Shown here one piece after another: positions 34,701-47,138 of a stretch of 64,000 bases of DNA. Under the pieces are notes generated by a model. It saw only the letters and a program-made list of their open reading frames with translations. It ran no database searches and was not told the origin of the DNA. The stretch lies in contig NC_083288.1 of assembly GCF_963506605.1 (NCBI RefSeq), forward strand, positions 45,260,001-45,324,000. Reading direction: 5' to 3'. Origin of the DNA: Zootoca vivipara. Taxonomy: Eukaryota. A program made the translations under genes and the position numbers. How positions within the stretch are numbered: position 1 is the first letter of the stretch; every line of letters starts with the position of its first letter.

Positions 34701-37700
34701 GCTGTATGATCAAAGACAACTTAGGGTTTGAAATCAAGCAGCTAGAAAAATGCTTACCACTTGCACAAGCTCTACTTTTAACCCAAAAAGACGATACTTT
34801 GCTACTTGTAAATGTCTATATCCCCCCAACCAAAAACAATAGCAGCAGTGAAAATTGGTCACAACTAACCTTTTATATAGAAAATTTGACCGATAAATAC
34901 CCAAATGCCTCACTGATAATAGCAGGTGATTTTAATGCCAGAGTGGGAACCAACAATGAACAACTATGTAGCAAACTAAATTGGAATACTGATAATGATA
35001 TCGCACATGCCCTGAAAATAGGACGATTCTCCAGAGATAGGGTTGTAAACAATGAAGGCTTACACCTACTTGAATTATGTAACAACTTTAATTTGCAGAT
35101 TGTGAACGGTTCAACAAAAGGCGATAGAAGCGGGGAGTTTACATACTTCTCCCCCCGAGGATGCAGTGTCATCGATTATATTCTTGTCCCTTATAATATT
35201 ATAAATACGATCATGGACCTCAAAATTGGAACGCGTACTGAAAGTGACCATCAGCCATTATCGTTGTCTATTAACTTAAAGGATGAAACCAAAATAACCA
35301 AGTACAATATCATAGAACCTTCTCAATACAAACAAATGACCCAATTAAAATGGTCCCAGGAAATGAGTGCAGCAGTGGGGCAAAAACTTACAGCCAACCT
35401 GAGAAAACAAGTATTATCCAACTTAAAGACCACTAATTCCCACAGTGATATTCCGAAAATTTATAATGAAATCTTCCAAATGTTCGTAGAGCTTAGTACT
35501 CCACCTAAGGTTTGGGTACTTAAACATAGCACTAGCCCTTGGTTTGATGATGAATGTTTCCAGCTAAAAAGAAAACTGCGCCAAACATTTAAAAATAATC
35601 GCAGTAAACTAGAGCCCTCTTATCTTGATGAAAAAAGAAAATATCATTACATTCTGGCCGAAAAGAAACAGAAATATGCAACCCAAAAATGGCTACAATT
35701 ATTCGACTCAATTCAGAGTAAAAACAACAAAGCGTTCTGGAACCTAGTGTACGGAGGACTGAAAGCCGAAAATCAACTAACTCTTCCACCAATTGCAGAA
35801 TCCAAATGGTCCCAATACTTTACATCTGTATTTAACAATCTACACAGTGAACTTAAAGGAAATGAGACCACTAAAAATAAAATCAATAAACTCCAGGAGT
35901 GGCCAAGGGTAGAAGAAGAGGAAATTAGAGAGATAGTTAAAAATTTCAAATCGGGGAAATCTCCTGGGCCAGACGGTCTACCGATAGAATTATTCAAGAC
36001 CTATATAGATTGGTGGGCAGAACCCTTAGCTCAATTGTTTACTCTCATAGATAAATATGGGATCATACCTGAGATATGGTTAAGATCAATAATTATCCCA
36101 ATCTTTAAAAATGGCGACCCAAAAGAACCAAGGAATTATAGACCGATAAGCCTATTATCAGTGATAGGGAAAATCTACGCTAAGCACCTTTTATCTAAAC
36201 TCCTTACCTGGATGAAAAATCTAAATTTACCAGGGAAAGAACAAATAGGTTTCTCTAAAGGTTGCTCTACTTTAGACCACTGCCTTATACTTATGCATTT
36301 GGTTGAGAAATACAGATCCCAAAGGCAATCTAAGATATATGCTGCTTTTGTAGACTTTCGTGGTGCCTTCGACTCAATTGACCGCCCAAAGCTGTGGAGG
36401 AAACTCGCAGAATTAAAAATTGACCAGCGCTTATTGATTCTAATACAAAATCTATACTCTTCCAATACCAGTCAGGTCAAACTTAACACCAAAGGTCACC
36501 TTTCATCAGACATCCCAAACTCGAAAGGGGTAAAACAAGGGTGTATTCTTGCCCCCTTTCTATTTAATTTATTTTTATCAGACTTGCCAGATCACCTCCA
36601 AAAAATAGAATCACATGCCCCTAAACTTAATCAGAACCCAGTTCCTCTCTTATTATACGCAGACGATGCTGTCCTACTATCATTAACGAGCTTGGGTCTG
36701 AAACGTCTTATATCTTCTCTGATCCTTTACTGCGAATGTAACAAACTCTCTATAAATTATGAGAAGACAAAAATTTTGGTCTTCTCGAATGGTTGGAAAT
36801 TAGAGAAATGGAAAATAAGAGGGCAAGAAATCCAACAAGTGAAAATCTATAGGTATCTGGGAATCTTATTCCAGAGCAATTTAGGGTGGGCAAATCATCG
36901 CACAAATGCCATAAAACAGGCAAAGTGCACCTCATCAGCAGTTGCCCGTTTTTATTATCAGAAAGGTAATCAATTTATTCCTGCGGCCAATCAGATATTT
37001 CAAACAAAAGTGCAATCCCAGATATTCTATGGAATCCCGCTATGGGTCCAAGCATATAACAGTGATTTAAAAAAGATTCACTCCAGCTTTCTGAGACGTA
37101 TTCTTGGACTCCCAACTGTGATCAAATATGAAACAATGTGTGCAGAAATAGGCATACACACAATGGAATATTGGGCCTGGACCACCTCAATAAAATACTG
37201 GTTACGCTGCCATTTTCGCTGCCCCCCATCAAGTCTGCTCGCTGATTTGCTCAAAGACTCCTATAAATCAAGATGGTATCAGTACCTTGAAAAAAAGATT
37301 GAATCTTTAGGCATCGAGCTGGAGCCCCTGTACAATTCTAACGAGCAATACATTTTCCATAATATCCTAACTAGACTAAAGGATGTCGAGAGACAAAATA
37401 TTATGGCAGCTGTAAACAAAATTTGCTCCCCCATATTCTATGATTTAAGTATCTTAGATAGCAGAGCCAATTACGTCACTAAGTTAATAATCCCAGCCCA
37501 ACGTAGGGCTTTTATGCTGGCCCGTTTGAATGTTTTTCCCTCGGCATTTGTCAGGGGAAGATACCAAAACATTCCTAGAAACAAAAGATTCTGCAGATGT
37601 TCTATGAATGTCCCGGACACTGTAGAGCATATTCTCTTTCATTGCCCATTGTACAGTACGCTCCGTCAACGCGTGCTCTCCCCTCTTTTGGGTGGTCTGG

Positions 37701-40700
37701 AACCCCAGCAAGGTGAAAGTGTGGGATTCTGCCTATCTGACATTGACCAAAGGGTAACGGCGGGGGTAGCCGAGTTTTTGGTAGCAGTCCTCCAAGGAGC
37801 AGGTTAACAAGGNNNNNNNNNNNNNNNNNNNNNNNNNNNNNNNNNNNNNNNNNNNNNNNNNNNNNNNNNNNNNNNNNNNNNNNNNNNNNNNNNNNNNNNN
37901 NNNNNNNNNNNNNNNNNNNNNNNNNNNNNNNNNNNNNNNNNNNNNNNNNNNNNNNNNNNNNNNNNNNNNNNNNNNNNNNNNNNNNNNNNNNNNTTTATAT
38001 ATATTTCAAGGCTTTTATATGTTATTTTCTCTTTTATGGTTTTATTTGCATAATGCCTAATAAAGGTTTGATAAGTAGTATAAGTAGTAGCATTATTTCC
38101 CCATAACTAGAAATTTAACCAATCCTTCCTTCCTTCCTTTCTTTTTCTTTCTTTCTATGATTAGAATTGTGCCTACAAATTTCTTAAGGATATGCTCTGC
38201 TAAATTATCATTTTCTTTTAGCTCACCTATGGCTCATTTGCTTCAGAGGAGAGTCAGTCAATGCAGAAGTCTTTTTATACCATGGTCCCAAATGAAGACC
38301 TTCAAAATGTAGGGATTATCCGGTTACTTCAGTATTTCAGATGGAAGTGGGTTGGGCTCTTTGTTATGAATAATAATAGCGGGGAACATTTTTTGAGGAC
38401 CCTGGAGCTATTGTTTTCCAACAATGGGATCTGTTCAGCCTTCACAAAAAGAATCCCACTTCAAGTTCGTTTAGAATATATGGAGAAAATATTTGGTGAA
38501 ATTGAAGGTATTTATGAAGGTATCAGAGATGAAAAGGCCAGTACACTTATCACCTATGGAGATGATGGGGCAATTGCATGGCTGAGAACAGCTGTCTTTA
38601 TAATAGATAATATACTGGTACATCATCAAAATGCATCATTTGGAAAGGTCTGGATCATGACAGCCCAGATAGATTTTGTATCATATGGAAGTCAGAGGAC
38701 CTGGGATTTTCAGCTGTTCCAAGGTGCCCTTTCCTTTACAATTCACTCAGAAGAGCTTCCAGAGTTCAACCAATTCCTTCAGAACATCCAAACACACAGG
38801 ACCAAAGCAGATGGCTTTTGGAAGGAATTCTGGGAGCAGGCATTTGACTGTTTCTATCCAGATCCTGGTATGCCAGTCATAGAAGATGGAAAGTGTACTG
38901 GAGAGGAGAGGCTGGAAAGCCTCCCTGCAGGTGTTTTTCAAATGCACATGACTGGGCAGAGCTACAGTATCTACAATGCTGCCTATGCTGTAGCTCACGC
39001 ATTGCATGCCATTGCCTCATCCAGATCCCCGCACAGAGCAGTGACAGTTGGTTACAGTGTTGGATTTCCATCTCTGCAGCCTTGGCAGGTAATGTTACAG
39101 AGGCAATGGACTGATTAGCAGAAGAATAGGACGTTGCTTTATACTAAGTTAGGCCTCACATCCATCTGTTTCAGTATTGTGTACACTGTCTGGGTTGGAA
39201 TCTCCTGGGTTTGAGACAATATGAGATTCCCAGTGTCACTGAAGATTCCGGGGATTGAATCTGTGCCTGTTCCATGCAAGGAGATGCCCAACCAGTGAAA
39301 CCAGGGAGCTGCTACCCTTTACTGCCCCTCTTCTCATATGTAAAAAAACAGTTGACAAAGTATTCTGCATCTTAGTTATGCCAGACCCTCTAAGTGTCCC
39401 TTTTTTCCAGGGAGGTCCCTGATTTAGAGAAGTCTTCCCAGTTTCTGATTTGACCCTGTCCCGCTTTTCCTTAGAATGTCACTATTTTCATTGGTGAAAT
39501 GTTGGAAGGTATGGAGTTATTCAACCCCCAAGCCGCTTGAAGTCAATCATGTATAGGGAAGCTTTTTAAAATGTTTAATGTTTTATTAGGTTTCTTATAT
39601 GTTGGAATCTGCCAGGAGTTCTAGGGCTACCCAGTAAGTTATCATTATGGAATGGGACGTCAGTATTTTCATCGTAGAAATGTTGGAGGGTATGTCATGA
39701 TTTCAGTCTTGCTGGTTTGGATTTCATCTTGTAAGTTGACCTTGGAATCCGGTTCAATTGGGAACCTCAAATAATTTTGTTCTTCTTCTTCTCTTAAATA
39801 GATCAACTCATTTCTTCAAGTTGTTTCATTTAACAACTCAGCTGGAGAAAAAGTATCATTTAATGATAACAGGGAAATGAGAGGAGGATTTGATATCATG
39901 AATTTGGTCACATTCGCAAACACGTCTTTCCAGAGAGTGAAAGTTGGATGGGTGGGCCTCAGTGATAGAGGAGATGAAGAGTTAATAATCAAACACGACA
40001 AAATTCTATGGCACCAAAGTTTTAACCAGGTAGGGATTGTAGGAACCTCTCTGCAGAAACTGCAGAAATTTTCTGCCATTTCCTGTTCAGTCTAATATTT
40101 CTTTGCAATAAAGGGTACAAAAATTCTAGACTGCAAAAATATTTAAGAGCGCTTGGAGAGCAGGAAGATGGTCTTCCATTAATTTCCCCCCCTGAATATT
40201 GAAGACTGATTTTTGCCCCTTCTATGACCTTTTTTTCTTTCTATGATTGATGTAGAAGAGATTTCAAGTCTTCATCCCTTCTCAGTCACATTGATGGACT
40301 TCCTGGCTAGCTATGGCGATCTGGCTAGTGTTCTTCAGACTCACCTCTTCAGACCCCTTGCTTTCCTGACTGCTAGGAGACGGGCTGCTTCTGATGAGGG
40401 GGGGGGTCTCTGTAATCCCTCCCCCTTACAACATCCTTCAGGATGTCCTCCTTAGATGGTTATTTTCAGAGGGTGGTTTTTGAGGAGTGTGGTTCTGCCT
40501 AGAGATGTGAAGGCCCGAAAAAAACCCGGAAAAATTCGGAAAAACCCCGGGGGTTTTCTGGTTTTTATCCTGAAGCCTTTTTTGTTTTTTTCCCGAAAAA
40601 TTGGAAAAAAATAGATTATGGAATGTTTTATTTTAACATGATGAATAAAATTTTTAAGATAATTTTACTTTTTTTAAAAAAAATATATTTTTATTGAGAA

Positions 40701-43700
40701 ATTTTTTATAAAGAAAAAGAAAGACAATAACATATCTTACCATATTCAAACATTCAAGACATACAAACAAGAAAAAAGAAAACAACAACAATATATGTTT
40801 CTCATATTTTAAGGCGTCCCTATAAAATAAGTCATGGCACGATTTTCATGCTTTGAAAAAATATAAGACATACCCCGAAAATAAGCCGTAGTGCTACCGT
40901 AAGTGCAGTTCTGGAGGGCCTCGCCAAAATACCCAGCAGTGCGCGCCGTGTGGAGCCCCGAGCCAGCAGGACCCAGCTGAAGCGCCGACAAAGCCTCAAT
41001 CATCCTGTGCTGGGAAACGTTGTGGCTGTGGGGTTGTGGAGGTTACTCTGGCTACCCGGCGCTGCTCCTTTCACCCTCCGCTGTTTGTGGCATGCAGCAG
41101 CAGCAAACTGGAAGGGCCAAGCAGCGCCTCGTGGTCTGCAGAAACGCTCACACAGTGCAGGATTGTTTTCCAATTATCTCGGGACAGTCGCTCCACCTGG
41201 AGCCATAAGTTGCCTTTCTCTTTCGCCGTGTAGCGCCAGCGATTATTCCCCTCCTCCCTTTCTGCCCGCTCTATCTCCCCTCCTCCCTTCCTTTCCCCTT
41301 GGCACGGGACCCGCTGAAGCGCCGACAAAGCTCCCGGCAGCGCTGCGCAGAGCGCCCCGAGCCGCAGCAGGAGTGGGTGAGGGTAACGGAAGTCGGAAGT
41401 GGTGTGTCTGCCACGCGCCTTTCCTCTATGTTCTCTACGGGTGCCGCGGAGGAACCTCCTGGTGGAATTGCGCTCGCCCCTGGCTTTGCATGGAGCACTG
41501 CCGAGCGGGCGAAGCCTGGGACGCCCCGGGAGGGAGCAGGAGGCGGCGGCGCCTGCAGCGGAAACAGGAACGGGACGGCGGAGAGGCCGAGAGCCACGGT
41601 GCTCCTCCTGCGGCTCAGGGCGCTCTGCGCAGCGCTGCCGGGAGCTTTGTCGGCGCTTCAGCGGGTCCCGCTGGCTCGGGGCTCCATGCGGCGCACGCTG
41701 CTGGGCGCTTTGTCGGTGCTTGAGCAGCAGCAGCAGCAACTTACCGGTTAGTAAAAGAAATAAAATAAGACACCCCCCCCGAAAATAAGCCATAGGCTTA
41801 TTTTCTTGCGTAAAAATAAATATAAGACATGTCTTAAAATGTGAGAAACACGGTATACAAATCAAAATAGTCATTAATTCTAACTTAATTTCCATCATGG
41901 ACTTCCTCGTGCCCTCTATTTAGCGATTCATTGCAAATCCTTTCTCGCAGGTTCTTTTTGGAACCTTGTCTCTCCCTGGTTCCGGATTCTGCTAGTCAGT
42001 CTTGCTAATTCCGCATAGTCTATCATTTTTGTCTGCCACTCTTCAATCGTTGGTGATTCCTGGGTTTTCCATTTTTGGGCTAACAAAGTCCTAGCCGCGG
42101 TTGTCGCATACAAGAATATTATATTGTCCTCCTTTGCAATCTCTTGTCCAATGAGTCCTAATAAAAATCCCTCAGGTTTTTGGGGAAAGGTATACCTAAG
42201 AATCTTTTTCAGTTCATTATATATCATTTCCCAAAATATTTTAACTTTTTCGCATTTCCACCACATATGATAAAACTCTCCCTCCTTCTCATTACATTTC
42301 CAGCACATTTTATTACTCATCCTATACATTGGTGGCCTGGTTTTCTTGAGGCTTAAGTGTCCTTCTGTTGTGTACAATCTGGTAACCTCAAATTTAGGTT
42401 ATATCAATGTATTAAGGATTTTGACGATTCAGTGGTTAGGATGCTCACTGCAGCAAGACTGTGTGAGCACATAACAACAATTCTGACATGACTAAACGAG
42501 ATATCAATTACTTTCTGAGTTCAGTTCAAAGTGCATGATTTGGCAGAGGAGCCCAATATCTCAAGGGCTTCCTCTCCCCCATATGAATGGTCTCAGACCC
42601 TGCAGTCATTCTCTTTTCTGCAGTCTCACTTTTCTATGCGCCCATTCCACAGGAGGTCCAAAGGGTGGGGTCATGATGCAAACCTGACATTCCGAATCCA
42701 TCTATTCCAACTTTGAAATCAATATTACCTTGAAAGTGACCCGATAATGAAGTTACCTTCACAAACAGGGCTAATAATGTTTTCAACACAGCAAAAACAA
42801 AACAAAGCAAAAGAACAGAACAGGAAAAGTGCTTTAAGGTGTAGTCCAATGCATAGGTGCAAAAATAATGCTATTACACTTTGTGAAACATAATGTGTCT
42901 CTGTGGGTGACCAATATGAAAGCTCTTCCACCCCCTACTCCTTTCCATAGGTGCTTCCCTTTTCTTTGTGCAATGAACCGTGCCACTCTGGTCATCAGAA
43001 GAAAATGAAGGAAGGGGAAAAATTTTGTTGCTATGATTGTGCTCCATGCCCAGAGGGGAAGATTTCAAACCAGACGGGTAGGTAAAGCTCTTGCATCCTG
43101 ATGACCAAATAAAAAGACTGACAAGCAAGGTGGGCTTGAGCTGGGCCAATTTTATTTAGTGAACATAACAAGATCAGCAGAGGAGGATAAATTTAAAAGG
43201 CAGAACTGTAGCCATTGGGTGACACACAGGGCTTTTTTTTCAGCCAGAACTCACCGGAGCTCAATTCTGGTATCTCCCAGGTGGGCATCATTGCCATTCT
43301 TTGAGAAGGAGGGAAGTGTTCATTGTGAGTTGAAGCTGATCGAATCCTTGCCTATCTGGTCAGTTTTGGAGCAGAGCCTGCTCCCATACAATACATCAAC
43401 CCTGAAACAAAAAAGCCCTGTAAGAGGCATAATATTTGGAGGAAGCTCAAAGCAAACTAAGGAATACGCGGAATTAGGGGCGTGACAATCCAGTGACAGC
43501 CTATGCATACCCTGAATTGACAGGAGCTATGAAAGGAAAAGCCTCAGGCCAGCAAACGAAAGCATTTGCCCTCCTACAGTCTCTGGTCTCCTATTGATTT
43601 TGAAACCCTGCCTAACCCTGCTTTGCTTTGCAATTTTGCTAACATTTTTATTGCTGCTTCACCAGAGAAAGCAAGAGTCCTGAGGTATCAATCCAGCTAT

Positions 43701-45029
43701 ATGGCTGTGGGAGGGAGATTAACCAAAAGCCCGAGCAAAGGAGGGAAAACCGTAATAGGCTGGAATGTGCTTCTTTAAAAGATAGCAACTGGCAGACTGC
43801 AAGTGAAAGGGAGCAGAGAGAGGCCCCTGTACGAATGAACAAGTGTTACAGGGGCTGGGAATCAAACCAAAAGGTTTGCTCCTTATATTGGACCATAAAG
43901 CAAACCTCCCCATATCATACGACTTTAAAATGCGACAATACGTTCACTGCTGGTTGGTGTGCTGTCTCTCACCGCCATTGTGCCACAAATGTGCTTGGGC
44001 AGCCAGTATTGCTGTGGTGGAACAACCATAATTCATTCAATTTGTCACAATACATGGTTCATTCAATGTGCTAGGTTAGATGAATCAGAACTGAATTTCT
44101 ATTTAAGCTTTTCTTTATGTTTCTCAGATATGGATGCATGTTTCAATTGCCCAGAAGATCAATATCCAAACAAGAAGAGAAATGGATGCATCCACAAATT
44201 TCTAAAATTTTTGTCCTATAAAGAACCTTTAGGGATCACATTAGCCTCTCTTAGTGTCTTATGTTCCCTGATTACTGCTTTGGTATTGGCTATTTTTATC
44301 CAGCACAAAGATACCCCCATAGTCATAGCCAACAACCGAGGTCTCACCTACACTCTACTGGTCTCCCTCCTGCTCTGCTTCCTCTCCTCTTTGCTTTTTC
44401 TTTGCCAACCTGGGAAAGTGACCTGCCTTCTCCAACAAACTGCTTTTGGCATCATCTTCTCCATTGCTGTTTCTTCTGTGTTGGCAAAGACCATCATTGT
44501 TTCTCTAGCATTCATAGCCACAAAGCCAGGATCCAAGATGAAGAAATGGGTGGGAAAGAAACTGGCTCATTCCATTGTCCTTTCAGCTTCCCTCATTCAA
44601 GTTGGTATCTGTACTCTGTGGCTGATATCGTCTCCTCCCTTCCCTGATCTAGACATGCATTCAGTAGCTGAAGAAACCATTGTGCAATGTAACATTGGGT
44701 CTGTCACCCTGTTCTATTGTGTCTTGGGCTACATGGGCCTCTTGGCCATCACCAGCTTCATTGTGGCCTTCCTGGCCCGCAAGTTACCTGACAGTTTTAA
44801 CGAAGCCCAGTTCATCACCTTCAGTATGTTAGCATTTTGCAGTGTTTGGATCTCTTTTGTTCCGACTTACCTGAGCACAAGAGGGAAACACATGGTGGCT
44901 GTGGAGATCTTCTCCATCTTGGCCTCCAGTGCTGGGTTACTGGGTTGCATCTTTTCTCCGAAATGCTATATCATTGTGCTGAGGCCTGATCTTAACAGCA
45001 GGGATCAATTAATACGGAGAAAGGATTAA
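28740..45029 (+). CDS. Vomeronasal type-2 receptor, gene D (874 aa, intact exons)
   Basis: Exons 28740-28948, 31851-32142, 38222-39088, 39802-40029, 42951-43077 and 44128-45029, all GT-AG, 2625 nt open. Confidence 0.9.
29075..30860 (-). mobile_element. L2 LINE fragment in intron 1 of gene D
   Basis: Degenerate RT: [52 protein letters not shown]. Confidence 0.85.
32822..34462 (+). CDS. LINE ORF1 protein (546 aa)
   Basis: Long open frame after a 570-bp 5'UTR. Basic N-terminus, coiled-coil-like segment and low-complexity C-terminus. Confidence 0.75.
   Translation: MRRAKRLRCPDTETDAEPSGFKQSNLDNYLLPQKQHISPPKTFLNPLHGKTVEEISLGINEDKATTPIIEAQVLIDRKVELLEECCLLTAQTVQKIFEQLQNISKKLDNPDERRQLTPFLPSLTSPGDKQNKYKFIPLNQPKTRGSPPHSVNLILRPCEIVLHIFPYRGPLPYWESSFWARHHLNLLLGLEGGSIDLKAVKRLTNDGYSKKVLLRFGSHRIPTKILREKAHLAQKGIIPHRHFEDISLRPLIASKRQNKMNKAIPPEADICPTPVEEPSRWEKPQPATREITQEKSKLPNHVTVASNNSLALDTIDWTVPEEEDLLSNFIKLPDKEQINILSKLMKLQARLTEIHQQGQQNAGETIHNQTLHLPAFSPKCIVKKRATNGTFKCIDAELQIQPPLEYEMARKNSSNETTNSWLRYQILAPNEIGTPYLSTTKDSNIVEQKTTSNRPDTLSSTSNEAKEMEVETENSPTVHNSPPTTEISQEQGTVKEENQEREEILISRTLKKNLEDPPICSPPKAATNGCICTRQNLSLDSITELE
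34463..37807 (+). CDS. LINE ORF2: apurinic endonuclease + reverse transcriptase + C-terminal Cys/His knuckle
   Basis: SWNIAG, LQETW, GDFNAR, IDY, SDH; [34 protein letters not shown]; CRC..EHILFHC. No stops or frameshifts. Confidence 0.93.
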   Translation, partial: LNAVNQPPTQKRILRLLSWNIAGWGNKDGDPDLMNFFKDFELILLQETWSTRDIKINGFTSYTKPALKTNTKGRPKAGFCCMIKDNLGFEIKQLEKCLPLAQALLLTQKDDTLLLVNVYIPPTKNNSSSENWSQLTFYIENLTDKYPNASLIIAGDFNARVGTNNEQLCSKLNWNTDNDIAHALKIGRFSRDRVVNNEGLHLLELCNNFNLQIVNGSTKGDRSGEFTYFSPRGCSVIDYILVPYNIINTIMDLKIGTRTESDHQPLSLSINLKDETKITKYNIIEPSQYKQMTQLKWSQEMSAAVGQKLTANLRKQVLSNLKTTNSHSDIPKIYNEIFQMFVELSTPPKVWVLKHSTSPWFDDECFQLKRKLRQTFKNNRSKLEPSYLDEKRKYHYILAEKKQKYATQKWLQLFDSIQSKNNKAFWNLVYGGLKAENQLTLPPIAESKWSQYFTSVFNNLHSELKGNETTKNKINKLQEWPRVEEEEIREIVKNFKSGKSPGPDGLPIELFKTYIDWWAEPLAQLFTLIDKYGIIPEIWLRSIIIPIFKNGDPKEPRNYRPISLLSVIGKIYAKHLLSKLLTWMKNLNLPGKEQIGFSKGCSTLDHCLILMHLVEKYRSQRQSKIYAAFVDFRGAFDSIDRPKLWRKLAELKIDQRLLILIQNLYSSNTSQVKLNTKGHLSSDIPNSKGVKQGCILAPFLFNLFLSDLPDHLQKIESHAPKLNQNPVPLLLYADDAVLLSLTSLGLKRLISSLILYCECNKLSINYEKTKILVFSNGWKLEKWKIRGQEIQQVKIYRYLGILFQSNLGWANHRTNAIKQAKCTSSAVARFYYQKGNQFIPAANQIFQTKVQSQIFYGIPLWVQAYNSDLKKIHSSFLRRILGLPTVIKYETMCAEIGIHTMEYWAWTTSIKYWLRCHFRCPPSSLLADLLKDSYKSRWYQYLEKKIESLGIELEPLYNSNEQYIFHNILTRLKDVERQNIMAAVNKICSPIFYDLSILDSRANYVTKLIIPAQRRAFMLARLNVFPSAFVRGRYQNIPRNKRFCRCSMNVPDTVEHILFHCPLYSTLRQRVLSPLLGGLEPQQGESVGFCLSDIDQRVTAGVAEFLVAVLQGAG
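37813..37993. other. Assembly gap
   Basis: Run of N. Confidence 0.99.
39382..39694. mobile_element. hAT-like MITE in intron 3 of gene D (shared with gene E at about 50828-51143)
   Basis: CAGACCCTC...TTGGAGGGTATG termini. Absent from A, C and F at this site. Confidence 0.6.
40500..41856. mobile_element. Nested non-autonomous DNA transposons with a GC-rich core in intron 4 of gene D
   Basis: Absent from the homologous intron of E. Repeated AAAATAAG motifs, ...GAAACACGGTA end and an internal inverted repeat (about 41305-41368 vs 41607-41670). Confidence 0.6.
41860..42330 (-). mobile_element. L1 ORF2 C-terminal fragment
   Basis: [23 protein letters not shown]...[11 protein letters not shown]. 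Confidence 0.75.
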
Positions 45030-45989
45030 GCCATCTATCTGTCCTCATCATACCCTAATGTGTGTTGGAGAAGGCAGTTGGGAGAAAATACATGCACACA
45101 ACATTAGTTATAGACAATCTTATTCAAGTTATCACTACACTTCTCTCCAAAGTTTAAGGTGCATTTCAGTTTCCTTGTTAGAGTACATAACCAAATACTT
45201 TGTTCAGTTGTCTGTCATCCTTATGTGTTCCATGATGCAATGTTTATATTTAAGGGATATTTTAAAAAAGCTGAATTTCTCTACATCACATAAATATGTT
45301 TTATTGTGATATAATGGACTCCCTTTTCCACTCAGGCCTTCATTGGATATTGATAGCTGTGATGGGTTCCTTCATTACTGTATAAGAATTTCTCATTTTA
45401 TTAGTTTAAAAAACAAAAAACAAAAATTGTGTTTTATTCCATGTGTTGTGTATTCTTTCTATTTCTTTTCTCTAGAAGAGTTTTTCAACAAATAGATTGT
45501 CATGATTCTTTTTTAATTAAGGAAATAGAAGTGTAACCCAGAATTGGAAAGGAGAACCAGAACCATTTAATTTGGGGTTATTTTCAGTTCATTGAGTCTT
45601 TATGATTTGGGGAAGACATTTGAGAGTATTTGGCCTATCAAAGAAATCTCGACCCTTGTCCTTCTTTGCTCCTAAGAGCTAGCCTACTCTTGTGTGTTTC
45701 ATATATCTATCTATTTGTCTATCTATCCTTATTAAACATTCAACACATATTTACACAACCATTTACCATGTTACAATTTATGCACGTACACTACACAGAA
45801 AAAAGCAAAATACAACGAAAAATAGAGGAGAAGGAAAAAAGGAAATGAAGAATAAAGATAAGAAAGATAAAACAAAGTTCCAATTGTACTCAAAAAACTG
45901 AATCTCATTTGTTATTTTTTTACACAGTATCATGTTATTCTATTTTGTTTCCTTAATTTCCTTTAGAGAAAAATTATTTAGTTTATTAT

Positions 45990-46222
45990 CTATACATTAC
46001 AAGAATCATTCAAGGTCTGCCAGGAGATTTTTGGTATCATAGTAGTTTTTCAAATATTCCTTAAATACTATCCATTCTTTATTCACCCTCTACATTAAGT
46101 ACCCTCTAATTCTCCCTGTCATTATTGCCAATTGGATGTATTCTGTCATTTTTACATGCCATTCTGACTTCGTAGGTGTAATTTCACTCTTCCAATTCAT
46201 TGGGGTCAGAATCCTGGCTGCA
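45990..46222 (-). mobile_element. Short L1 3' fragment
   Basis: Minus strand AARIL...WK.EITPTKSEW..KMTEY resembles the other L1 fragments. Confidence 0.5.
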
Positions 46223-47138
46223 TACTCTTGCTGCACCCATCCCTGCTGATTTTGTAGCAGTACTTGCAAGAAATATCTTCTATAGTGTTGAACTCAGATG
46301 AACCAACCTTAGGAAAGTACATCCTGGTTACCATGGGGAAATGAAGAGCAAATTCTGGAAATTCCAAGAACTACTAGAGAACAAGACAGAATCAAGGGAA
46401 GTTCACTGAAAGGTAGTGGGGAAACAAAAAACTTTATGGGTCTCAACAGATTCTCTGTCTGGTGTTGAAACAACTCACTTATGATTCACGGCCCTGACCT
46501 CATTCATTGGTTGAAAACACTGACAAAATCAACCAAGGATGCTCATATCTAAAAAAGAATACAGAAAAATGTAACTCAACATGTCATTGTTTTCCTTCTG
46601 GGAGATATTGAGGATTACATTTTTAAAATTCAGATTCTGGGGCCCTTGTCTGGGGTTCACTCACCATAGAACTTTTCACTCAAATTCCCCTGTCTGAGTC
46701 CTTCAGGGACCAGAGCCAACTTGTTATTCCATCTGGAAAAAAAGTAAAAAGTTTTTGAGCAAAAGTGCCACTCAAAGTCCAAATTATAATGAAGTAAATA
46801 TCCCCCTCTGCAATTATCTAGATCATAATAATTTATTCAGCTAGACAGAGCTCTCAAGAGTTTCCTAAGGACATCTGAAAACAGTCAACAGCATTAAGTA
46901 TGCTCCTGTTCCAGTGAGATGTAGGAGTGTGGGTATCGGAAAAGGGGGAGGTCATTATTGTCAACGTTTGCTTTATTATTATAATGGAGTTTTAATCATT
47001 TAAGTTCATATTCAAAGCATTTGTACACCTGCTGGTGCTAAAAGTAAGGCTAACAGTGCATCCTCCAAGGCTGTTCAGTTGAGACAGGGGATGTCTTTCG
47101 ACAACTCTGCACCCTCCAAGAGAGATTTTGAAGCTACC

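Larger units (their letters stand above)
32251..38089 (+). mobile_element. Full-length two-ORF APE-type LINE (RTE-X-like; clade unconfirmed) in intron 2 of gene D
   Basis: 8-bp TSD GCATTATT at 32243-32250 and 38090-38097. The 5' end carries YY1-like AAGATGGCG. AATAAA at 38059 and a (TAAGTAGTA)2 tail. There is an N gap in the 3'UTR. Confidence 0.9.

Noticed and set aside
40950-41898. 257-aa and 275-aa ORFs
   Set aside because: By-products of a GC-rich MITE with inverted repeats. Composition is low-complexity Ala/Arg/Gly.
43959-44127. N-terminal extensions of the 7TM ORFs (also 6010-6109 and 24342-24384)
   Set aside because: They lie upstream of the conserved TCTCAG acceptor and are intronic.
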